The translations under genes and the position numbers were made by a program. A model generated the notes under the pieces. The model saw nothing but the letters and a program-made list of their open reading frames with translations, had not been told where the DNA came from and ran no database searches. Below, in pieces: positions 27,276 through 35,187 of a stretch of DNA of 64,000 bases (position 1 is the stretch's first letter; each line of letters begins with the position of its first letter). Origin of the DNA: Telluria sp. (GTDB lineage: Bacteria; Pseudomonadota; Gammaproteobacteria; Burkholderiales; Burkholderiaceae_D); the NCBI GenBank assembly GCA_049301315.1, contig JBAQKU010000373.1, forward strand, positions 3,787-67,786, written 5' to 3'.

Positions 27276-27730
27276 GATGGGGCCCAACTGGTACTTATAC
27301 AAACAGGACGGGCCGGTATGCATGGTGGAAGGCTGATAAACACTTTGGTCTGTTCCTCCAGAAGCCGCACCAGTGCTAGCTTCGGCATCAAACTGTATAT
27401 GCGCACAGTGCTAAATTATCGTGAAACACGTCACACCCGAGAACGTTCGCCACAACCGCCAAAACTGTTCGATCAGCGAGTCGTTACATTAAGGAATTAT
27501 TGCAGTCTACGTACTGAATGCGCCTGTGTCTACTGGACAAGATGGAACGTTTGGTTTGATTGTCCGAATAAATAAATTTAGTCACCAGGCGGATGACTGC
27601 TCCTGGCCGGTTCCGGCCGGTCGTGACAGTCCGTGATTTTTCCAACGTAGCAAGATGCTATGCTATATCAAACGGCCGGGTTCGGCCAGAAGCGGACAGT
27701 AGGAGGAGCTATACTAATTGATCAGCTTCG

Positions 27731-28660
27731 ATGAAGGAAACAGCGATGTCGCGTCTAGGTATAGATGTCAACACAGGGCTAGTGTACGAGGGCCGCACTG
27801 GGCCAACTCATCCAGTCTGGCCGTCACCGCCAGTTTGCAACGCAACCTCGCTCGAAACGCCAAGTGATTTGCAAAAAGTTCCGCGAAGCTTTACAAGTGA
27901 TCCTTTCGGTTGGATTTTTGTTGAGACATCCTTCGATTTTGGTACGAGGGTTCGGCGCGGCAGGTTATACCAAAATTTTGGCAATGTGAGCAAGGAAACG
28001 GTTCAAGTTGAGGCCCATCCGGCTGTTCACTCCGACCTGATTAAGGCTGCAAATAATGGATGGCGCGTTCCGAAGGAACTGACGGTCTACATCGAGGGCA
28101 CGGACCTACTTCTCCGGCGCATTAGAGGTGAAGGTGCAAGAATAGCATTAGGACAAGCTGATGCCTATTCCGTCTGGAAAATCGTTCAGGTAGAGCGTTC
28201 CCTTGGATCTGATGTGCTTCTCACACTGCGTGCTGAATCAGCGTTAGGCATATTGCCGGAACTTGACACTACCAGAATCAATCCGTCAAATTTCGCAACC
28301 GTGAAGTCAGCATACGATCGGGCTTTGGACGCCGCTTATCGAGAACTTCCAACATCAGTCGTTGACCAATGTCGAAACGCGGCTGTTGTATTCATTTCGA
28401 GGTGGATGCAACAGGAGGAAGGTTTGGAATTGCCCTTAGAAAAGGATCTTGGCGCTTGGATCAAAGCGATACAGATCCGGTTTGGCGAAAGGGAAAAGGT
28501 AGCGCTTCGCTCCACCTTAGAAATCATCGCCAAACTTCATTCCAGGGGCAAGGATAATGAACGACATAAAATGTCGCTAAGGACGGTGGAAGAGGATGAT
28601 GCAGCACTCGTCGTACAAGCGCTAGGATTCATATTGCGCGAGATTGGATGGGCCGCTTGA
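27731..28660 (+). CDS. Hypothetical 309-aa protein (alternative start 27746)
   Basis: Clean ORF in the AT-richer cargo block, 176 nt upstream of the Gabija-like pair. GAAGGAAA precedes the second ATG (27746). I recognise no family. Confidence 0.5.
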   Translation: MKETAMSRLGIDVNTGLVYEGRTGPTHPVWPSPPVCNATSLETPSDLQKVPRSFTSDPFGWIFVETSFDFGTRVRRGRLYQNFGNVSKETVQVEAHPAVHSDLIKAANNGWRVPKELTVYIEGTDLLLRRIRGEGARIALGQADAYSVWKIVQVERSLGSDVLLTLRAESALGILPELDTTRINPSNFATVKSAYDRALDAAYRELPTSVVDQCRNAAVVFISRWMQQEEGLELPLEKDLGAWIKAIQIRFGEREKVALRSTLEIIAKLHSRGKDNERHKMSLRTVEEDDAALVVQALGFILREIGWAA

Positions 28661-28836
28661 GATTACATAAAGCGCTAGGTTCCTCCAAAGCCTTATGAAT
28701 CTGCCTATGTCCATACCGTAGGTCTATAATCAAAGATTTCTGTCGTTTGAGAATTGGCAGTTCGTATGGATTCCGTCGGGCGGGAACGGTCATGGCCGTT
28801 CTTCTGGATAATTTCAAAAACTGAGGATTTCGCTGC

Positions 28837-30540
28837 GTGAAAATTAGAAGAATAACTATCAAGAACTTTCGCGGCGTTAAGGAGCTTGAATGGAGTTTGC
28901 CAGCAAGCGATATTTTCTGCTTGATTGGCAAGGGCGACTCTTCCAAGTCCACTATTCTGGAGGCCATTCGTTATGCCTTCTACCCTCAATGGAATCCCAT
29001 TTTTACCGACGCAGATTTCCACCAGTGCAAGGTTGACGACAGCATTATCATTGAAGTGACCTTTGGCGATTTGATACCCGACTTCTGCTCATTGCAAAAA
29101 TATGGCAATCATCAACGGGGCTGGGATAAGGCAACCCAGACGCTCGTTGATGAAGAGGTTGATCCCTTGGAGCCGGTCCTGACGGTTCGCCTGACTGTCG
29201 GCAAGGAACTGGAACCAAAGTGGGTCATCTATACTGATCGGACCCCTGAAGGCGTGCCGTTCAAGCAAGCAGATCGCAACAAGGTCAGTGTTGGGCTGAT
29301 CGGTGCTTACAGTGAGAGGCAGCTATCGTGGGCGACTGGCACGGCACTGGCGAAACTGACCGAAGCCCAAAGCTTGAACGAGCTCTTGGCTACCGCCTCC
29401 AGAACTGCCCGCACGTCGCTGGACGTCGACCGCCTGGTAACGCTCAAGAATTTTGACGCTGCTGCTGAGAAGTCGCAGGTTATAGCCAAGCTCCTTGGCG
29501 TGCCGGTCAACACCTCATACCAGGCGCACTTGGATTTAAGTTCTATCAACCTGAAGGTGGGTGGCTTGGCACTGCATGATGGCGACATTCCACTGCGTCA
29601 GTTAGGCTTGGGCTCTCGGCGCATGCTCCTGTGCGGGATTCAACAAGTAGGCTTGGACGACGGCCACATCACCTTGTTTGACGAGGTTGAATTCGGCTTG
29701 GAGCCGCACCGAATTTCTCGCCTCATCAAGCATGTAAGGGAAGACAAGCGGGGTCAATATTTCCTGACGACGCATTCGCCTGTTGTGCTGCGTGAGCTCA
29801 CCGTGAAGGAGCTTTACATCGTCCACAGCAAGGCCGGTGTCGTTAAAATCATTCCTGCCTTTTCTGAAAGCTTGTCAGAGCATGAGGCTCAAGGAAAAAT
29901 TCGTTCAAGCGCTGAAGCGTTCTTGGCGAAAAAGGTCATCGTCTGTGAAGGTGCCACTGAGGTTGGATTTCTGAGAGGATTTGATGACTACCAAGTGCGG
30001 AAGGGAGGTGATCCGTTTTCCTATCATGGTGTCGCACTGCTCGATGTAAGGGGCGGCAGTAAGGTCAAGGCAATGGGGAGAGCTTTCCATTTCCTCTGCT
30101 ACCAAGCATGCGTGTTTGCCGACGCTGATGCAGACGATCAATTTTCCCCTGCCGACAAAGCTGAGTTGGAAAAACTTGGGGTGCCCGTGTACGTCTGGGA
30201 CGACAAGCTGTCGTTGGAGCAGCGGCTCTTCCAGGACTTGCCATGGGCCAGCGTCCTTGCCAGTGTAAAACTTGCTAAAGAACTGGCTTATGTGGTCCAC
30301 AACCAGATTCATTCAAAGTTTCAAGAGGACTTGGACAAGGACATGGGCCTTTGGGAAGACACCCCAAAACTACGAACGGCCATCGGTTTGGCTGCAAAGA
30401 AAGGCGAGTGGTTCAAAGACATTACGCGAGGCGACAAGTGGTTCTCAACCATAAGCCCGGCGTTTGCAGATCCGAATTTTGCAGAAAAGGACACTGCCTT
30501 AAAGCTGGCCCTGCTGTGGACATGGGCCTCCAATGTCTGA
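28837..30540 (+). CDS. gajA: GajA-like OLD-family ATPase + TOPRIM nuclease
   Basis: 567 aa, GTG start. It has ITIKNFRGVKEL...LIGKGDSSKST (P-loop variant), FDEVEFGLEPH (Walker B region), and TOPRIM VIVCEGATEVGFL plus VFADADADD. Confidence 0.75.
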   Translation: MKIRRITIKNFRGVKELEWSLPASDIFCLIGKGDSSKSTILEAIRYAFYPQWNPIFTDADFHQCKVDDSIIIEVTFGDLIPDFCSLQKYGNHQRGWDKATQTLVDEEVDPLEPVLTVRLTVGKELEPKWVIYTDRTPEGVPFKQADRNKVSVGLIGAYSERQLSWATGTALAKLTEAQSLNELLATASRTARTSLDVDRLVTLKNFDAAAEKSQVIAKLLGVPVNTSYQAHLDLSSINLKVGGLALHDGDIPLRQLGLGSRRMLLCGIQQVGLDDGHITLFDEVEFGLEPHRISRLIKHVREDKRGQYFLTTHSPVVLRELTVKELYIVHSKAGVVKIIPAFSESLSEHEAQGKIRSSAEAFLAKKVIVCEGATEVGFLRGFDDYQVRKGGDPFSYHGVALLDVRGGSKVKAMGRAFHFLCYQACVFADADADDQFSPADKAELEKLGVPVYVWDDKLSLEQRLFQDLPWASVLASVKLAKELAYVVHNQIHSKFQEDLDKDMGLWEDTPKLRTAIGLAAKKGEWFKDITRGDKWFSTISPAFADPNFAEKDTALKLALLWTWASNV

Positions 30541-31966
30541 TGAACTGGCAATCACGCTTGGAAATTGCACGACCAAAGGGTATGTAATTGCCCCCGCTGG
30601 ATACGGCAAGACCCATCTGATTGCCATGGCGGTGAAAACCGCCAACCAGAGGCAGCTAATCTTGACGCACACGTTTGCGGGTGTGAATTCAATCAAGGCC
30701 AAGATGGCGGCTTTGAAGGTGCCAGCCTCGCAATACCAGGTTGACACGATAGCCAGTTGGTCGCTGCGGTTGTGCTTGGCCTATCCCAAGGGTTCGGGTT
30801 GGAAGGTGGATAGCCCTTCAAGCAAGCAGTGGGACAAGCTCTATGAATCCTGCTCGGGCCTGCTTACCAAGGCGTTCATACGGCACATTATCTTGTGCAG
30901 TTATGCCGGCGTCTACGTGGACGAATATCAAGACTGCTCAGACCTCCAGCACCTACTGGTGTGTAGGTTGGCCGACATCCTCCCATGTCGTGTCCTGGGC
31001 GACCCCATGCAGGCTATTTTTGACTTTGAGAATGGCCAGAAGCCAGTTGACTGGGACGCTAGTATTTATCCCCACTTTGAGTGTCTTGGGAAGCTGGAGA
31101 CGCCATGGCGCTGGGACAATGCAAAAGCGCCTTTGCTTGGCGCCTGGTTAAAGAAGTGTCGTGAACGGTTGGAGAAAGGTATGAAGCTTGATCTCGTCAA
31201 TGGGGTGCCAGTGAGCGTGACGCGGGTCTACACTGGACCGGACTTCCTTCCTCAGAATCAATACACCTCGCTCATGAAGTTGTTTAACACCGAAGGCTCG
31301 GTCATTGCTCTTCACGGCGGCGATCAACTGCTCAAAGCAAAGACGCACGCTCTGGCTCGTATGTTGAGCGGGAAGTTCTCGTCTATTGAAGAAGTTGAAG
31401 GGAAGGCACTTCATTCCATCATCAAAAAACTTGTGACAGCCAAGAGTACCAAAGCGGCCTTTCTTCATGCGTTGGATTTTGCGAAGAAGTGTTTCACGGG
31501 TGTAGACAATGCTCTTGCGGCAGGAACAAAAAAAGGCGAAGTCGCCAAGCAGATTAAGACAACGAAGTATCCGTTTATGTTGAAGGCGGCTAATCTTTAT
31601 CTAAGTGACCCAACCACGAAAAACCTGAACGCCTTCTTCCTGGAACTAAAAGAGAATCCAGGAACGTCACCTTTTAGAAGGGACTTGTTCTACCGTTTCC
31701 TGAATGTTTTGAAAATGCATATTGATGGTGAGGGCGACACGTTGAATGATTCAGCGAAGCTCTACCAGCGTGATATGAGGCATACCGGCAGGCCAATCCG
31801 TCATACGAAGCTCATTGGCACCACGTTGTTGGTGAAAGGCTTGGAATACGACCATGCGATTATTTTGGACGCCGATAGTCTTGACGCAAAAGACCTGTAT
31901 GTTGCCATGACCCGTGGCGCAAAATCGTTGACGATCATTTTTACAGGCAATCCGCTTCCAGTTTAA
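30533..31966 (+). CDS. gajB: GajB-like UvrD-family helicase
   Basis: 477 aa with an 8-nt overlap with the gajA-like gene. It has APAGYGKTH (Walker A), VYVDEYQD (motif II), and LVKGLEYDHAIIL / VAMTRGAKSLTII (motif VI region). Confidence 0.75.
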   Translation: MSDELAITLGNCTTKGYVIAPAGYGKTHLIAMAVKTANQRQLILTHTFAGVNSIKAKMAALKVPASQYQVDTIASWSLRLCLAYPKGSGWKVDSPSSKQWDKLYESCSGLLTKAFIRHIILCSYAGVYVDEYQDCSDLQHLLVCRLADILPCRVLGDPMQAIFDFENGQKPVDWDASIYPHFECLGKLETPWRWDNAKAPLLGAWLKKCRERLEKGMKLDLVNGVPVSVTRVYTGPDFLPQNQYTSLMKLFNTEGSVIALHGGDQLLKAKTHALARMLSGKFSSIEEVEGKALHSIIKKLVTAKSTKAAFLHALDFAKKCFTGVDNALAAGTKKGEVAKQIKTTKYPFMLKAANLYLSDPTTKNLNAFFLELKENPGTSPFRRDLFYRFLNVLKMHIDGEGDTLNDSAKLYQRDMRHTGRPIRHTKLIGTTLLVKGLEYDHAIILDADSLDAKDLYVAMTRGAKSLTIIFTGNPLPV

Positions 31967-32116
31967 GAGCGCCTAACAAAACCACTTACTTGCTCTGACA
32001 GCAACAAGCCCGTACACTGGACCGTTCCGACCGCCCGCTTTCGGCCAGAAGCGGTCCGTGGAGACCGTTTTCTAGACGCAGGACGTCGGACATGCCAGAT
32101 CAATGCAGAGTAAAAA

Positions 32117-33082
32117 ATGACAATTCAGCACCCGCTTCAGACAAAAGTGTCGGAACTCAATCTCGACCCAACTTTGCATATGAACATGGTGAGGAACCTT
32201 ACGAGTGCGCTATGGGCCCATATCAGCGGGAAACGCCGCCTGTCTATGGCTGCGATTGCGTATCGTGTAAATGAACTACTTCGCTATACCGTCTTGATAC
32301 CAATACCAATTCCATTGGAAGAAATGATCTGCTTTACCCGTGCGACAAAGTTTGATGGAACCGAAACAAACCACTGCTACAAAAAAGTAGCCCGACTATC
32401 ATATCTGCCACTTGATCACGCGAAGTGCCCAGAATTGGGCAGGTTAAATAAGGAAGGGGATCGTCTATTCTATTGTTGCTGGGATGTTAACCACATATCG
32501 CTTTTTGCTTCCTTGGCTGAAATTAGGGCAGTTGATGGTGACGTGGTAAATATATTGGTGAGCCATACGAAACCTACGACGAGTCCTGTCCGCCAAGATC
32601 AATTCTTGTACGTTACTCCAATTGGTATAAATGACTATTTTTACCGGGGTGCGGACCTACCATTTGTTCTCCACAATTCCTACAGGCAGCACTATGAATT
32701 TCTTGCCCAGAATCTTCGGCCTCGTGCGTTAAGAGCAATGCTCGACTGCGATCGTTTTCTAGTGAAGGTCTTGAGCATGGAGGAAGTAGAAGGCCTGTAT
32801 CAGGTGACTTCTGAGATCGCTAAGAATTGTCTTGGCAGTTCGAATATTGACGGAATAATCTACCCTTCAACCAGATTTGGCGGTTTCCCGAACATCGGAC
32901 TGAAGATTGCCTCTGTCGATTCGAAACTTCAGCACGTCGGAGCCAAATCTGTCGAGGTACATCAAGGTGGAAAAGCCTACAAAACGCTCTACAACGGTTT
33001 TATAGATGGTGAAAAAATTATCTGGATTTCGGCAGACGGCCCAGTTACTGTCGATGGAGTTCAAGTGCAGAGCACCGATTAG
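32117..33082 (+). CDS. RES-domain protein (solo; no adjacent Xre/ParS-type antitoxin gene)
   Basis: 321 aa. It shows the R...E...S pattern: LGRLNKEGDRLFYC, SLAEIR, IDGIIYPSTRFGG. Confidence 0.55.
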   Translation: MTIQHPLQTKVSELNLDPTLHMNMVRNLTSALWAHISGKRRLSMAAIAYRVNELLRYTVLIPIPIPLEEMICFTRATKFDGTETNHCYKKVARLSYLPLDHAKCPELGRLNKEGDRLFYCCWDVNHISLFASLAEIRAVDGDVVNILVSHTKPTTSPVRQDQFLYVTPIGINDYFYRGADLPFVLHNSYRQHYEFLAQNLRPRALRAMLDCDRFLVKVLSMEEVEGLYQVTSEIAKNCLGSSNIDGIIYPSTRFGGFPNIGLKIASVDSKLQHVGAKSVEVHQGGKAYKTLYNGFIDGEKIIWISADGPVTVDGVQVQSTD

Positions 33083-33281
33083 GCAGCAGGTATTCAATAC
33101 TGATGCTGAACGCCCGCTTTGGGTCGACCCAGACATGCGCAATCTGACACGTCCTGTTAGGTCACGTCACAACTTATAATCTAGGGCAATTTCTAATTTT
33201 CTCGTTCGACCTTCATATCAGATGTCAGCTTCGGGGCGGAAGCAGCCGCTCTTACGCAAGGTGTCAGGCCACTACCACATA

Positions 33282-33728
33282 TTAATGATGGGCAGCCCAT
33301 AGCGCGATTCCCGCCGCTGCCATCGTAATACACGCGGCGAATACGTTCAGGATGGCGATGCGACGGGCAACCCGGACAGGCACGGCCACCCTGACCAACG
33401 CCTCATCAATTTCAGCGCCAATCTTGACAGCTGATGCTTTCGCAGCCTCGTCTAGCATGTGCCCCATTGCCTCCTTGCTGGCCGTCAGTGAGGCGTTGAG
33501 GATGCGCTCCGCCTTTCCCTTGGCGTCATCCCCCCATCGAGCAGCCAGCGCCTCCAGTTCTTCCTTGAAATGGTCGAGCATGACCTGCTGGGCTTTGGCG
33601 CTGTCCAGCAAGAGGCGATTATTGATGGTTTGCAGGACCAAGATCGGATCGTCACGCGACACCGCGATGCCATGCCGGGTGGCGATTTCGCGGATGATTT
33701 CCTCAAGCTGTTCGCGCTCATCCATCAA
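33282..33728 (-). CDS. traM: TraM-like relaxosome/leader operon protein
   Basis: 148 aa with a 4-nt overlap with traL. Size and position match RP4 TraM, and the C-terminus has a TM segment. Confidence 0.65.
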   Translation of the reverse strand: MMDEREQLEEIIREIATRHGIAVSRDDPILVLQTINNRLLLDSAKAQQVMLDHFKEELEALAARWGDDAKGKAERILNASLTASKEAMGHMLDEAAKASAVKIGAEIDEALVRVAVPVRVARRIAILNVFAACITMAAAGIALWAAHH

Positions 33729-34450
33729 AGCACCGCAGCGTTCTCAAGCTGGGCGTAGACCTGGCCTTTGATGATTTTCAGGCGCTGGCGCGTCATGATC
33801 GTTCGGGATTCCATGGCGATCGCCTCGTCGAAGGTGAGCCGGTCCTGGAGCATATCGCTCAGGTCGCGGCCGTACGTTTCTTTCTTAAGCGCCGGAATCT
33901 GGATGATGGCCGACACCCTCGCCTTGTTAGACGTGTATGCCTTCATCTGCTCGAACCCCTTTCCGTCATGCTGAATCTGCCCCCAGTACGGATTCAACCA
34001 AACGACGAACAGCGCTTCGGACGGAAACTGGCTGGCCAGCTGCGAGAATCCGCTGATCGTATCGAGCAGCGCCTGGCCGCCCGTGACGACAGTGTGCACA
34101 ACGAGATCGTGGCCCATATCCCTGAGGAGCGCCGGCACCTGATTGCTAATGAGAAAATGCGACAAGGGCACGAAGGAGCTGGCGCCGTTGTCGATGATCA
34201 CGTCGCCCTTTGACACGGCGATCATTTCGACCAGGGTATCGAAGCTGCGCGGGTCGATCTCATCCGCTTCCATGATCTGCAGACGTTGGACCTGCAGTGC
34301 CTTGTAGCCGAAAAAGGTTGCATTGACCGGATCGGTGTCTATGCAAGACGGTTCCTGTCCCTTCTCAACCTTGTATTGCGCGAGGAAGGCTGCGGCGACC
34401 GATTTCCCTACGCCGCCTTTCCCTTGCAGAATTACGTGAATTTTAGACAT
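33725..34450 (-). CDS. traL: TraL, ParA/MinD-like ATPase of the leader operon
   Basis: 241 aa, the same length as RP4 TraL. It has the deviant Walker A ILQGKGGVGKS. Confidence 0.85.
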   Translation of the reverse strand: MSKIHVILQGKGGVGKSVAAAFLAQYKVEKGQEPSCIDTDPVNATFFGYKALQVQRLQIMEADEIDPRSFDTLVEMIAVSKGDVIIDNGASSFVPLSHFLISNQVPALLRDMGHDLVVHTVVTGGQALLDTISGFSQLASQFPSEALFVVWLNPYWGQIQHDGKGFEQMKAYTSNKARVSAIIQIPALKKETYGRDLSDMLQDRLTFDEAIAMESRTIMTRQRLKIIKGQVYAQLENAAVL

Positions 34451-34851
34451 TATATTAAGTCCTCCTTCGTTGGTGTTGAGTTGAAGGTAAAGCCGGGAAG
34501 CACTCCCGGCGTATGCACTTTCGGCGCGGTTTCCTTCGGATTAGTCGAAGGAAAATTCCGCGACGGATTGCTGACCAGGCGCGAATCCGGCCTGGCTGGA
34601 GCCACCACGTTCGGCTTAGAGGGTGGCCGGCGAATGTAGCGGTTCACGTAGTTCAAGAACGTGTCGTATCCGAATGCGACACGCTTGTTCTCGTGCATGT
34701 TCGCCCAGATTGTTTTGACCGCATAACCCTCGTCAACAGCCGCCTTCACGTCATCACGCACAGCCAGGAAAGCGACAAGGTTTCTGTCACGTCTTGCCGA
34801 TTCACGTCGCTTGACCCACTCGCCCAGCACCTCGGGATATGTGTTCGCCAT
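34450..34851 (-). CDS. traK: TraK, oriT-binding protein
   Basis: 133 aa. The N-terminus MANTYPEVLGEWVKRRE...VAFLAVRDDVKAAV resembles RP4 TraK. The gene is divergent from traJ across oriT. Confidence 0.8.
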   Translation of the reverse strand: MANTYPEVLGEWVKRRESARRDRNLVAFLAVRDDVKAAVDEGYAVKTIWANMHENKRVAFGYDTFLNYVNRYIRRPPSKPNVVAPARPDSRLVSNPSRNFPSTNPKETAPKVHTPGVLPGFTFNSTPTKEDLI

Positions 34852-35030
34852 GAAGGTTTTCCATCTGTGAAGTTTTCGTCGGATCGCTTGTACTGCAAGC
34901 CTCGCCTCCTAAATTCGATTATAGGAACGTTCGATATATACGTTGTAAAAACGACGTGGTTTCTTGATCAAATCGAGGATAAATCGAAGAGCCGACGGTA
35001 TGCTTTCTTGGCGTAATTGACTCGAAGAGT

Positions 35031-35140
35031 CGGGCAGGATAGGTGAAGTTAGCTAACCGGCGAGCCGGTTACCTATCTTCACTCTTCCCTTATTCGCGCC
35101 TGCGGCGCTCAACGGGTTCCTGCTCTGCGAGGCCGGGCGG
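35031..35140 (-). other. oriT: oriT (RP4-type): nick region plus 20-bp imperfect inverted repeat; predicted nic on minus strand between 35035 and 35034
   Basis: The minus strand reads ...CTTCACCTATCCTG|CCCG, which matches RP4 CTTCACCTATCCTG|CCCGG and the consensus YATCCTG|Y. The IR arms are 35042-35061 and 35064-35083 (17/20). The flanking CGCAGAGCAGGAACCCGTTGAGCGCCGC...GCGAATAAGGGA is nearly the RP4 sequence. Confidence 0.9.
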
Positions 35141-35187
35141 CTACCGCCGCCATCAGCATCGCCTGCGGGCGATCGGGGAGGCAAAAA

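Larger units (their letters stand above)
24203..27288 (-). mobile_element. Integron gene-cassette array without integrase (CALIN): three cassettes
   Basis: There are three attC sites of identical polarity plus a lone GTTGGGC core at the upstream end. Cassette junctions (G|TT) fall at 27288/27287, 26957/26956, 25900/25899 and 24209. No IntI-like ORF is present in the window. Confidence 0.75.

Noticed and set aside
27731-28660. Candidate integron integrase (right position and orientation for intI relative to the cassette array)
   Set aside because: The protein has no tyrosine-recombinase signature (no R..HxxR..Y boxes) and does not resemble IntI. The array is therefore treated as integrase-less.
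31971-33162. attC-like boxes around the plus-strand cargo genes: GCCTAAC 5 nt after the gajB-like stop (31971-31977) and GTTAGGT (33156-33162) after the RES gene
   Set aside because: Only single heptamers are present. I could not find the partner core or paired L boxes within 60-140 nt on either strand, so no complete attC can be supported by eye. A covariance-model scan would settle it.
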